NCBI RefSeq assembly: GCF_036321535.1
Contig: NC_087466.1
Span: 2,046,001 to 2,110,000, forward strand
Direction: 5' to 3'
DNA from: Camelus dromedarius
Lineage: Eukaryota
Length of the DNA: 64,000 nt
In this document: in pieces, positions 35,520 through 47,021 of the stretch
How the letters are laid out: each line of letters opens with the position of its first letter
Position numbering within the stretch: position 1 is the first letter of the stretch
Position numbers and translations under genes: made by a program
Notes under the pieces: model-generated
Database searches by the model: none
Told to the model about the DNA's origin: nothing
The model's input: the letters and a program-made list of their open reading frames with translations, nothing else

Positions 35520-35786
35520 CCTCCACCACAGTGCCCCCTGGCGCCCACAGCCTAGACACGCAGGGCCAGAGCGGGGCGGGACGAAGACTACAACTCCCAT
35601 AGGGCAGCATGCTCGGATGACGTCATCACGGAGCGCGGGCCGGCCTGGCTCCTCCATTGGTCGGCTGACTCCTCCATTGGTCGGCTGACTCCTCCATTGG
35701 TCGGCTGCCTCAGGGGCCTGCGCAGCTGGCGCGCCCCGCCCCCCGCCCGTGACGCGCCGCTCCGCCCGGGAAGTGCTGGGATAGCG
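35520..35786 (+). promoter_or_regulatory. ESS2 CpG promoter: CTCF-like site, ZNF143/SBS, CRE, 3x CCAAT, ETS
   Basis: agtgccccctggcgccca 35530-35547 (CTCF-like, minus strand); actacaactccca 35587-35599; tgacgtca 35618-35625; attgg x3; gggaagtg ~35768. Confidence 0.85.
35649..35707 (+). repeat. Perfect 20-bp tandem repeat x3, each copy with a CCAAT box
   Basis: ctcctccattggtcggctga at 35649-35668 and 35669-35688, and 35689-35707 (last base absent). Confidence 0.96.
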
Positions 35787-38700
35787 ATGGAGACGCCCGG
35801 CGCGCCGGCCCGGGCCCTGCAGCTGTCCGCCGCGTCAGGGCCCCGGAGGAAGCGCGCGGCGGGCGAGGCGGGGGCTGTGACGAGCAGGCAGCGGGTCCTG
35901 GACGAGGAGGAGTACATCGAGGTGGGACTCGGCGCCGACGCCCGCGTCTCCTGGGCTCCCCGCCCCCGCTCCCCCGGGTCCCAACACCCTCGTCTCCTCG
36001 AGGAGGTGGAAGAGCCGAGTCCCTGCGTCGGGGTGTGGACAGTCGGAGGGCCAGACAAGCACAGGGCGGAGCGAGGTGTCCTTGCAGTCGGGGAAGGGGG
36101 TGGATGTGTTTGTATGATGTGGGGGTCAGGAGAGCAGGGTGTTAGTGAAGCATCAGTAGGAACTTGGGAGGACGCGGCCAAGAGCGTTTCCTGGAGAGCT
36201 GTCAGAGCAAGTGCTAAGACCAGGGGTTCTGGAAACAGGCTGCCACTAGTGGCAGCATCGAGTGGTTGGGCCTCCCAGAATCCTTGAAGTAGATCTTAAT
36301 CCTACCGCAAACCCTCGGGGGGAGGAGCTGGCACGGGGCTTGGAGGCAGTCGCTTAAGTTTGGGAGGTCTCTGGGACATGCAGGCAGTTGGCATGAGTGG
36401 ACAGCTGGATGCACAGAGAAGCAGCTCAAGAGCAAGGTCCAGCTGGAGGTGCAGAGCTGGGGATGTCAGCCAGTGCTGGTGGTGGGGGTGACAGGCAGAA
36501 GTTGTCCAGATAAAGGGTTCAGATTGGGAATAGGAGGTCACAGGTGGAATGAGGTGCCAGTGCCCACACTGGTCCAGCTGGTGGGGAGGTGGAGCCAGCA
36601 GAGGAGCTAGAGAATGACAGGTTAGTGAGGGAGCAGGAAGGCTTTGCAAGTGTCCCCCAGCTCTGGGGATCATTGGGCTGGACAGAGGTTGGGGGCCTCA
36701 GCTTGTACATCGTGAACTGAGACGCAGGGGAGAGGCAGACGGAAGCTCTGATGGGTGTCCTGATGCCTCCTTCAGGGCCTCCAGACTGTCATCCAGAGGG
36801 ACTTTTTTCCCGATGTGGAGAAGCTGCAGGCTCAGAAAGAGTACCTGGAGGCAGAGGAGAGCGGGGACCTGGAACGGATGCGCCAAATTGCCATCAAGTT
36901 TGGCTCTGCCCTGGGCAAGATGTCCCGGGAGCCCCCGCCGCCCTGTAAGAGAACTCCCATGGTGTGGGCAGGGTGGGGGCTCCACTGAACTGTTGTCTCA
37001 GGCTTTCTCTAACCCCCTACCCTTCTCTTCCCCGAGACGTGACTCCAGCCACGTTTGAAACCCCCGAGGTGCACACAGGCCCCGGGGTGGTGGGTAACAA
37101 GGCCCGGGGCCGGGGCCGTGTCCTGGAGGATGGCGATGGTAAGTGAACATCCTCCTTCTGTCTCACTGCTAGGTTTGCCCAGGAACCTGATCCTGTTGGG
37201 CCCTGGGGTGTCCAGGGGCGGAACACATATTGTCCCTGGGGCCTCTTAGCCAAAATGGCGACCTGTGGGGTCTAGGAGCACTGGTCTGGCAGGCAGATCT
37301 GAGTCACAGCTCCCAGTAATGGGGAGTCCTCTGAGTCTGCAGTGTGGGAGTCTCAGCTCCCCTCTCCCTGCCCTGCTCGCTGTATGCCCTCCCCTGCCCA
37401 GTGGGCATCCTGGGCCTCAGAGAGCTCCTTCCCTTGCTGTTTCTTTAAGATGCCTCGGGGTTTCGTGGTTGCATCTCCCAAGCTGGTCCCTCTCCTGGGC
37501 GACTGCTCAGCCAGCCAGCTCCTCCTCTTCCTTCAGGTCTCTGCTCAGACGCTGCCCGTTGGGGAAGCCTTCCTGACTGCCCAGCGTAAAGTCACGTCAG
37601 CCCTGCACTCTGTGCATTGCTGCCTGGTTCTGTTTTCTCACCTGAGGACACATTTTAAAAGGCATTTCTGTTTGTATACCACCTCTCTCTGCGAGAGCGG
37701 TTTCCCTTGCTCTGTCTGCACGGCCTACACCTAGAACAGTGCACGCCGACCGTCTCCAGCACGATCCTGGGGTGTAATGATTCACCTGGACTTTTGCGGG
37801 GAGCCTTTCCCAGAAAGAGTCCCGTGAATACAGTGCACAGTGGTCCCTGGGCTCCTCCCAGTTGCTGCTTTGTCAGCGGTGGGATGTGTGCATGTGGACA
37901 GAGGTGCGCTTGCTTACCCAGGCTCACATCCATGGCACACATGCCTCTGCTCGCACACTGACCTGATGTTTCCTGCTTCAGAACCCCGCCTTCCACCATC
38001 TGCACAGCATCCTGGTGTCCTTGGAGCTTGGTTCTCCGTTGTAGCATGGCATGTGAATCATAGGCAGTTGGCAGAGTCTTTTCTGTCACGTGTTACTTGT
38101 TAGAGGATCCAGGAGTCATCTCAATAATCTGAGCGTAGATACAGTGTCATTCAGGTCACAGGCGAAGCCACCAAGGCCCCGGGAGGCAGTAACTTCTGCA
38201 GGACTCAGGGTTATTGGTCGTGGGATGGGGTCTGAGTGCCCATTTTTCTCACACTAGTCTTGAACTTTTAGCCACCGTGCTTTGTGTGTGGTCTAGCAGG
38301 TGGTAAGTAGACGAGAAACTGCTGGTGGGGAGAAGAGGCAGACCCCTAGCGTGCCCCCCCACCCCCACGGTCTGCGCTGCACCACCTCAGTGGGGTGCCC
38401 TTTTGCTGCTGGTTGCCAGGGTGGCCTGGGTTGTGGCCCAGTGCCTTTGACTGTTCCTCCCCACCACTGTCACTGCTAGAATAAAGAGGGTCTTTGTCTT
38501 TAGGTCTACAAGCAGGTCACAAAGCTTAGGTGACAGTCACTCACCTGTGGCACAGGGACTAGGAAGAGAGGACATCCCAGGGACAGAGGGACAGCCCAGG
38601 GCTCTGGAGGGCTGGCATGGGTTTGGCAGGGTTAGACCCGCCGTGGTCCTCCTGCCCAAAGGCTTACTACTGCCTCCCAGTCTAGGTCAGAGACCACACT

Positions 38701-41700
38701 TCATTGGCATCCAGCAGAGGAGGGGCCCCTGAGGACACTGGGCAGCTGGGCGGGAGGGATTCCACCCCAGGTAGGGGTAGTCTGGCAGGGCAAGCTCTCC
38801 CCGGACGGACCCGCAGGGTTCCAGCCCTGCTCACAGGGGAGTGCGGATCCCAGGACTGGGTCACTGAAGCTTATGCCATTGGCTGTTGTGTGTCCCCCCG
38901 CCCCCTGTGCAGGAGAGGCTGGAGAGGAGGAGGAGAAGGAGCCCCTGCCCAGTCTGGACGTCTTCCTGAGCCGGTACACGAGCGAGGACAACGCCTCCTT
39001 CCAGGAGATCATGGAGGTGGCCAAGGAGAAGAGCCGGGCGCGCCATGCCTGGCTCTACCAGGCCGAGGAGGCGTTTGAGAAGGTGTCCCTGGGTGTAGGG
39101 GCGGAGGTGCCCTCCCTTGGGGTCGGAGGGTCCCAGAGCCTGTCTGACCCCACATCCCCTCGCGACACAGAGGCAGAGAGAGAGTCTCGCACTCCCGTCG
39201 GCAGAGCACCAGGCCATCGAGAGCGGCCCGGCTGGCGTGGAGACCTGGAAGTACAAGGCCAGGAACTCCCTCATGTACTACCCCGAGGGTGAGAGGGGGG
39301 ACGTCTGGTCAGGGGGGTCTTGGTCCTACCCTGAGGGTGAGCGGGGGCACATGAGATCAGAGGGCATCCTGGTCCTACTCCGAGGGTGAGCAGGGGAGCG
39401 TAGGGTCAGGGGGGTGGTCCTGGTCCATCTCCCCAGTTCTGTCCAGGCTGTTCTCCGTGGAGAAGTGCTTCTCCTGAGGCCCTGAGCCAGGGTTGCCCTT
39501 CTTGATGCCACGGCGTCCCTGCTTCGTCTCCAGGTGTCCCTGATGAGGAACAGTTGTTCAAGAAGCCCCGGCAGGTGGTGCACAAGAACACCCGTTTCCT
39601 CCGGGATCCCTTCAGCCAGGCGCTCAGCAGGTCCCAGCTGCAGCAGGCTGCCGCCCTCAATGCCCAGGTGCGCGCGGGGCCACTGTGGTATCACCACCTC
39701 TCTGTCTCACTGACTGTCTTTGGGCTCAGCAGAGCATGGCCGCACGGGGGTGCTCGGGGTTCCTGTGTGGCAGGGTCTGGAGTCTTTTCTCAATCTGTAG
39801 GGGCTTCCATTGGCTACTGTCTCAATCAGACACGTATGGGTTGGACCTGTGCCAGCTCCTTGGGAGGCAAGGGTATGAGAGGAGAAGGGCAGTTGGCAGC
39901 CAGCCCAGGCCGGCCCGGGGGCGGACAGTGAGAGGATGGGCTGAGGGTGGCGGATGGCAGAGGTTTCTGTCCCCGGGAGTCTGTGCAGCAGTGGCTTTGG
40001 TGGTCAAGGGGCCCAAGGGGACAGGCAGGAGGTGGGAAGGCTGTTTTGGAGGCTTTTCCAGGGTCCTAGTGGGAGAGATCAGAGCACAGGTGCCCTGCTT
40101 AGCATAGCCTCTGCGGGGCCTGACGTCAGGAGCCCCTGAAGATGGCACCCATGGGGTGTGGCCAACGCCCCGGCCCTGCACTGCCCTGTCCTGCCCTGCG
40201 CAGCAGGAGGGGAGCCTCCCTCCTTTCCCTTGGGGCTGCCCTGGGTGGGCAGGTGACCAGTATGTTTCTATGCTCCCCTCCGCGGCCAGGGAGAGTGGGC
40301 TGAGCCCCTGACACTGCCTCTCTTCTCGTTCCAGCACAAACAGGGCAAGGTGGGCCCAGATGGCAAGGAGCTAATCCCCCAGGAATCCCCCCGAGTAGGC
40401 GGATTTGGATTTGTGGCTACCCCTTCTCCTGCCCCTGGTGAGAAGCGTGCCCGCCAGCAAGCTGGCCTGCTGCTGGGATGGCCTGGGGGGAGGTGGGCTG
40501 CCTGGCTGACCCCAGCCACTTCTGGTGCTCCCTGGGTCTGCCCTGTGCCTATGTGACTTGGACCCGGGGTCCCATCTGTGCGATGCCAGGGCTGAGCGGG
40601 ACTGGGGATGGGCTGGACTCTCAGGCAGGCCCCACCTGAGACGCAGGGCCAGCTGGTCTAGCTGGGTGGTCCTTGTGCCTTGCCTGGGCGCCTGAGTGCA
40701 GCAGGACAGACTGGCAGGAGCAGCCCCAGGGCCTCAGAGGGTGGCCAGACTGGGGCCTGGAGTGTGGGGAGTCCCATGGGCGCCAGGCAGGTTTTGACTC
40801 ATGTAAGATGTGTGTGGAAGCTGAGCTTGGTCTGCAGGAGGTTGGGTTCACCTCGGGCCTCAAGAGGTCCTGCAGGGCTGGGTGTCCCCGTCAGTCCTGG
40901 GGTGGCATTTCCTCGTTCTAGGTCTCATGTCAGCAGGTGTGTGGCACTTACAAATTAAACCCAGGGTGCACTGCAGGCTCGTGAGATTCAGAGTGGCCTC
41001 GGGCCTGTGCTGGTCTCTGTACTCTGGGGCCCCGGGGCGCTGGTGGCTGCGATGTGGCCAGGGCTTGTGAAGGCACTGTGGGCTTGGCCAGGCTGCTTGG
41101 AGGTGTGGGAGCCCTGGAAGCCCCCATGAGTTTTCTCCCTTGGGGTGGGGTCCCCTGAGTGGCTCTGCTTCAGGCCCGCAGTGGCCTGGGTTCCGGCATC
41201 CTGGAGAGAAGGCCACCTGCCAGCTTTGGGGCTTGCGAGCTGGGCCCCCCCCCCCCGTCCCTGGCCTGAGGTGGCTGTGGGCTCTCCGCCTGCAGGTGTG
41301 AACGAGTCCCCGCTGATGACCTGGGGGGAGGTCGAGAACACGCCCTTGAGAGTCGAAGGATCCGAGACGCCCTGCGTGGACAGGACACCAGGACCAGCCT
41401 TCAAGGTGAGTCCTGGTGAGGTCCCTGCCAGCGCGGATGGGGCCTGGCATGGACACAGGGCCTTCGAAGTACCCATAGCTCAGTACACAGAGGGCCCAGC
41501 TGCCCCCCGCTCATGTCCAGGCCGCACACCTATGTGAGCTCTGTGCTTCTGCGTAGGATCCGGCACCAAGGACAGGTGTGGCATGTGGGTGTGTTGAGGA
41601 AGGACTTGGGGTGGAGTGTGGGCGGGGCACCAAGGTTGGGAGCTGCTGCAGGCCCTCTGAGCCTGCAGGCCTGGAGGACGGGGCCGTCCAAAGATGAGGG

Positions 41701-44049
41701 GTGTGCAGAGGCGGGCCAGGAGCTCCGACTGCGCTGCAGGCCTGAGGGCCCCAGCATTCTGGGGGACGCGGTTTGTGTCCTCAAGGGCTGTGTGCTTGCA
41801 GGTGAGGCCTGTGGTGTGGCCCAGCCCAGCATTGTCTTGAGTGGTGAGACATGGGGTTCTCGAGGCCTGGGGCAGGGAGGGAGGCCCTTTGTGGGTGAGC
41901 GGGAAAGCTGGGTGGCAGGTGGTCTCTAGGGATGCAGTGGTCCCGGAAGGTGTGGACGCGTGGGCAGGCAAGGGGGGCCCTAGTGCCACGTAGGAAGGAG
42001 GTACCCTGGTCTGCACACCGTTTGTGGGGAAACTGAGTGACTGGCCTAGTTTGGAGGGGGAAGGGGAGGTCAGGATGCTGGGGTGCTGCCATGTCCGGGG
42101 GTCGCTGGGGCAGAGGTTGATGGTGTGGTAGAGAACAAGGGGCGCAGGGTCATATCGACTGCTTGGAAACCCCAAAGAATTGGGCATTGAATCTGAAGTT
42201 AACATAGGTCTGCAAAGGGTCAGGGTCGTGGGTCCCTTCAGGCACTGGGCTGACAGATCTGAAATATAGAGGAAAAAGCATCAGTCACCACAGCTCAGAA
42301 AGTGTGATCACTGGGAGAGACTCAACTTCAGAGAGGAAGCCCAGACCTGCGGGGCGGTGACGCAGGGAGAGCGGGGCGCGGGGGAGGCGCATGTCCAGAC
42401 ATCGTGTGCTGGACCCGGGCACCATGGTTCTCAGTGTCTGGGGCGCGGGGACAGCAGAGAGGAGCCTGCGGCAGTGTGGAGGGGGTGGGGGCGGGGGGCA
42501 GTGATGTTGGGCGTGGAGCCCTCCTGGCAGGCGTGTCAGGACTGAGCCGAGGTAGAGGAGGCAGCTCACGCTATGAGGGCTATTTGGAAATAAAGTAAAC
42601 CGGGTCCTTCATGTGCTACGCAGGTGGAGTCCCAGCAAGATGGAGAGGTTAAATACACAAACAGTGACTGTAAAACTTCAGCATAAAATACCAGTCAGCG
42701 TTTAATCTGACATTAAGGCGGGAGAGACTTTGTAAACGTAACAGCGAAGGGAAAAGTCACAAAGGAAGTGGGAGCTGGATTACGCTACGTGAAGGTGTCA
42801 GCTTTAAGTACAGCAACAAACCTCAGAAGTGAACCTTAGAGTGACTGGAGAGAAGCTATTGTTAATGATGTTAACACAGTCAGTGGAGATGAAGCTTCTG
42901 TAGGTGGGAAAGGAAAGGAAAAACCAGGATAAACACCCCAATAGAAACGCAGGCCCAGGATGTCCTCAGGTTCTTTAAAAAATTAGGGAAAGTCAGTAAA
43001 GGCAGAGCCACTTGCTCTGGCCATCCAAAGGAAGCGGATCAAAACAAGACCCCTTTCCTGAAGGGTGGCTGCAGGTCCCGGACTGGGCAGTGGCAACTGG
43101 GCAAGGGGGCAGGCCCTGGGTGGGAGGGCAGCTTGGGCTGGCTTTCCAGGGTCTTTCAGCGGCCAACAACCATGGCTTGTTGGGATGGCGGCAGCCACAG
43201 CAAGAGGCCGCTGCCCCCAGCCGCGTGGACTGCCTGGCGTGGGGCAGGCGGCCCAGGCCACCCACACACCTGCTCTTTCAGATCTTGGAGCCTGGCCGCA
43301 GGGAGCGGCTGGGGCTGAAGATGGCCAACGAAGCTGCAGCCAAGAACCGGGCCAAGAAGCAGGAGGCCCTGCGGAGAGTGACGGAGAACCTGGCCAGGTG
43401 AGGGGCGGCCTTGCCGTGCTGGGGTCTCTCCCTGCCCTGCCTGCCTGGCCCCCCACAGCCTGGACACGCTTAGAACTAGGGTGTGGGGGGTCCTGCGGTG
43501 GTCCCTCTGGTCCAGAATGCAGCCCTTTCCACTGGTCTCCAACTGCCTCCTGGGCTCATTGTCCCCTCCGAGCTCCTGTCCACCTTGTTGGGTCGGTGTC
43601 ATCACTGCCCCTGGAGAGGGTTGGGGGCCACACCGTTGACCTCAGGTTTGGCCTCACTCTTGTGTGCCAGGCTGTCCAGGGTCCCCAGCCCAGAATGACC
43701 ACACATCTCCCTCCTGTGGGGGCGCCCGGTTGGGCCTAACCTGCCTCTCTCGCCCCCTTTCCACCACAGCCTCACTCCCAAAGGCCTGAGCCCGGCCATG
43801 TCACCAGCCCTGCAGCGCCTTGTGAGCAGGACGGCCAGCAAGTACACGGACCGGGCCCTGCGGGCCAGCTACACACCATCCCCTGCTCGCTCCACCCATC
43901 TCAAGACCCCAGCCGGCGGGCCACAGACCCCGACAGGCACACCGGCTCCAGGCTCTGCCACACGCACCCCTCTCAGCCAGGACCCAGCCTGCATTACGGA
44001 CAACTTGCTTCAGCTCCCGGCCCGGCGCAAAGCCTCCGACTTCTTCTAG
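35787..44049 (+). CDS. ESS2: Splicing factor ESS-2 homolog (DGCR14), 10 exons, 478 aa
   Basis: Exons 35787-35921, 36776-36944, 37037-37138, 38913-39082, 39171-39288, 39534-39667, 40335-40437, 41296-41405, 43282-43397, 43770-44049 (1437 nt, frame continuous). METPGA...VLDEEEYIEGLQTVIQRDFFPDVEKL...SPLMTWGEVENTPLRV...ARRKASDFF*. Confidence 0.97.
39278..39425 (+). repeat. ~49-bp minisatellite x3 spanning the ESS2 exon 5 donor
   Basis: Units 39278-39325, 39326-39374 and 39375-39425 each begin ctacYcYgagggtgag and end tggtc. Confidence 0.9.
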
Positions 44050-44264
44050 GGCCAGGCCTGTGCTGAGCCCACAGGCAGCTCTCTGCCTAGCAGAGGACTC
44101 CGGCTTTCTGGAGACCCAGGCTTGGGCCAGAAGCAGTGAGCGTCCGGGAGCCACAGAGGGAAGGTGCCAGGCTGGCAAGGGATCGTCCCCGTGGCCCTCG
44201 GGGTGCACCTCAGGCCCCACTGATACGTTTCTACTGCACCCCTGCCTGTTTGTATTTAACCGTC

Positions 44265-44270
44265 AGTAAA
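44265..44270 (+). terminator. Candidate ESS2 proximal poly(A) signal (AGTAAA variant)
   Basis: AGTAAA ~215 nt after the stop, preceded by tgtttgtattt. No canonical + strand AATAAA was noticed before TSSK2. Confidence 0.5.
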
Positions 44271-45604
44271 GAGCACGCACAGTCTGCCAGGCTGCCTCCC
44301 CACCCTGCCGCCTGCACGCAGGGGCCTCATGCCTGCACCACACACCCTGGACGGCTGGCCTCCTGGAGAGGAGGCCGCTGGGTGGGGTGACCCTTGGAGG
44401 CCAGGGTGTCTGGGCCATCCTGCCACCGCCTACATTGCTCCCTGAGGTCCCCCTGGGGCTCGGGACCTGCCTTCTGAGCCAAGCTCCCAGCCCCTTGGCT
44501 CCCCCACCGCCGTTCTCCCCCTCTGAGGGAGGGGTGGGGCCCTTGCAAGTTGTGCCTCCTCGTTCATCTGGGGTTCTGGGCCCGGGTCCGCAGCCTCTGG
44601 CCGGGCCTGGCCTGTGTGGTTTGCTGGCGGCCAGGCTGTATGTGAGGCTGCTCCCTCAACAGGAAGCACCTTCCCAGGGCCTCAGCCATCACCTCCCAGG
44701 TACCTGGCTTCCGGCTTAGGGTGGGGGCAGGGCTGTCCCCGTCTCCTCCACCTACCTCCGCCTGCCACATGCTGCCTCGTCCCCAGCCTCACTGTGTTGT
44801 CATCCAGCAGCGGAAGCCCCAGTCACAGTAACCTGGGCTGTAGGGCCAGAAGCAGTGGGGCTGGGCTTCATGTGGACCTCAGAGCACCTGTGCACCCCAG
44901 CAGGCACTTGCCTGGGGGTGTACCCTCCTGGGTCCCACCCCCCAACCCCGGCCCAGGGGCTTGGGGCCAGCTCTTCACAGGGAGGTGGGCTGCTTCTAGA
45001 TGTGTCTCTTTAGGCCTCGGGTGGGTGGAGTTGTGCTCAGAGAAGAGTCTCTCCTGCTTTGAGCATGTGCAGCCCTGCTCCAGGCCATCCTCATGCTCCC
45101 TGGAGGCTGCCTAGGTGCCTGCTGGCCCCCAGGAAGTGGGGAGGCAGGGGCCTGGGGGGGTGGAGGGGAGGGTCACATAGTGGGCACAGTCCAGGCAGGG
45201 CCACCCAAGGCCAGGTGCTGACCACCCTGAGTGCTTGGCTGGCACGTGGGGAGTGTGCAGGGGTAGCAGGGGCGGGTGACAAAGTGGTGTGGGCCACGGG
45301 AGCAGGGGCAGGGGCAGGGAGGGAGCGCTGCTGAAAGGCTTTGGCTTCATGGTCTCCCACCCCAACCGTGGGATGGAAGGGAGTGGCGTCCAGGAGGGTC
45401 TCCTGAGGGCAGGGCCGGAGTTGGTAGGGGGAGGCACTGGGCCGGACAGGTCAGGGAGACCCGTGGGGGCCTGGCAGGTGGGCCGCCGGGACTCCCCTTG
45501 CCCACAGGCCTCACTAGGAGTCCGCCTGGGCCCCGCGCCGCAGGGAGGGTGGCTGCTGAGTCCTAGAGAAAAAGACTCCTCGTGGGGCTGTATGCATTCT
45601 GCGG

Positions 45605-45610
45605 TTTATT
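45605..45610 (-). terminator. TSSK2 poly(A) signal AATAAA
   Basis: tttatt on the + strand, ~180 nt past the TSSK2 stop. Confidence 0.75.
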
Positions 45611-45786
45611 TCTGGTCAGGAATGAACGTCTTTGCTACTAAGTGGAAGAAAGCTAATGGAACGTAATCAAAATAGTGGTTTAATTGACGGATTTTACTTG
45701 TTCTTGCACCTGTGCCTTCTTCAGCTCCTACCTCCTACTGAGCTCATGGGCGCTCAGCGCGCCACGCCCCCCGGGCCCTCTGCACA

Positions 45787-46875
45787 CTAGGTGCTTGCCT
45801 TCCCCACCTCGGCTCCGGAGACGTGGTGGTCCTTCGCCCTGGAGGTCTCGGCCAGCCGGTCCTCCAGACGGTCCTCCAGCCGGTCCTCATTCTCAGGCAC
45901 CACCAGCAGCCGGTGCTGGGTCTTGGCCCCCAGCTTGTGCTCGGGCCGGTGCTCAGGCCGCGAGCCTGGCCGGGTGTCCAGCTTGCACTCGGCCCGGTAC
46001 TTGCCCTCGCCCTCCCTCTTGAAGGAGGCCGAAGACATGGCTTTGGGCTTGGGGGGCTGCAGCCACGCGTGGCTGAGGATATCGTCAATGTGCAGCCGCC
46101 TGCTGACGTCAGGCTGCAAGATGCGGTAGATGAGGTCCTTGCACTCACCCGTCAAGTGCTTGGAGCGCGGGAAATCCACACGGTGCTCCTTTTGGACGCG
46201 CAGCATCTTCTTGATGTCAGAGTCGTCGTACGGCATGGAGCCACAGACCATGATGTAGAGGATGACACCCAGGCTCCAAATGTCGTACACCTTGGGCTGG
46301 TAGGGGATGCCCTGCAGCACCTCAGGGGCCGCATACGCTGCCGACCCACAGAAGGTCTTGCTGAGGACAATGCGGCCGCTGCCGTCCCGCAGGCAGCGCT
46401 TGGAGAAGCCGAAGTCGGACAGCTTGATGTTGAAGTCCTTGTCAAGGAGAAGGTTCTCACACTTGAGGTCTCGGTGGACGACATCTAGGTCGTGGCAGTA
46501 CTTGACGGCCGAGGACAGCTGCCGGAACATCTTGCGCGCTGTGTCCTCGTGCAGGGCGCCTCGGCACTTGATGAACTCCAGGAGGTCGCCCTGGACCCCG
46601 AGCTCCATGACGATGTAGATGCGCCCGTCTGAGGTCTCAAAGATCTCGTAGGTCTTGATGATGGAGCGGTGGTTGACGGTCGCCAGGATGTCCATCTCCC
46701 GGGGAAGGAATCTCTCCACAAAGTCGGTGGGTGTCTTCTTGCGGTCGATGATCTTGACCGCCACGTTGAACTTGAGGCGCTCGGAGTAGGCGGACTTGAC
46801 TTTGGCGTAGGAGCCCTTGCCCAGGTTGATGCCCACGATGTAACCCTTCTTCCTCAGGACCGCGGCATCGTCCAT
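45787..46875 (-). CDS. TSSK2: Testis-specific serine/threonine kinase 2, intronless, 362 aa
   Basis: [27 protein letters not shown]...HRDLKCEN...DFG...[12 protein letters not shown]...GAEVGKAST*. The true ATG is at 46875 (gcaccATGG); the ORF-track start at 46899 is GTG. Confidence 0.98.
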   Translation of the reverse strand: MDDAAVLRKKGYIVGINLGKGSYAKVKSAYSERLKFNVAVKIIDRKKTPTDFVERFLPREMDILATVNHRSIIKTYEIFETSDGRIYIVMELGVQGDLLEFIKCRGALHEDTARKMFRQLSSAVKYCHDLDVVHRDLKCENLLLDKDFNIKLSDFGFSKRCLRDGSGRIVLSKTFCGSAAYAAPEVLQGIPYQPKVYDIWSLGVILYIMVCGSMPYDDSDIKKMLRVQKEHRVDFPRSKHLTGECKDLIYRILQPDVSRRLHIDDILSHAWLQPPKPKAMSSASFKREGEGKYRAECKLDTRPGSRPEHRPEHKLGAKTQHRLLVVPENEDRLEDRLEDRLAETSRAKDHHVSGAEVGKAST

Positions 46876-47021
46876 GGTGCCCGGAGCGGCCGGCACCACT
46901 TCCCTCTACATCCCCTCCCCACGCGGGCCAGCGGGCATTGTCCTCATTTGCACTATGGGGAGCCGTCTGGCCAGGCTGGGCCTGCGCTTGGAGGTGTGGA
47001 ACGCCCAGCATTGTCCCCGCA

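Noticed and set aside
36239-36256. Perfect 18-bp palindrome gctgccactagtggcagc in ESS2 intron 1
   Set aside because: About 0.25 such palindromes are expected by chance in 64 kb, and it is one base short of a CTCF core.
38910-38915. NAGNAG (CAGGAG) acceptor at ESS2 exon 4
   Set aside because: A distal GAG is rarely used after a CAG, and the effect would be a single residue.
41373-41375. ESS2 ETPC versus recalled human ETPY
   Set aside because: Single substitution in a probably disordered region, with no evidence of significance.
46876-46899. N-terminal extension MVPAAPGT of TSSK2 in the ORF track
   Set aside because: Starts at GTG. The homologous ATG with a strong Kozak context is at 46875.
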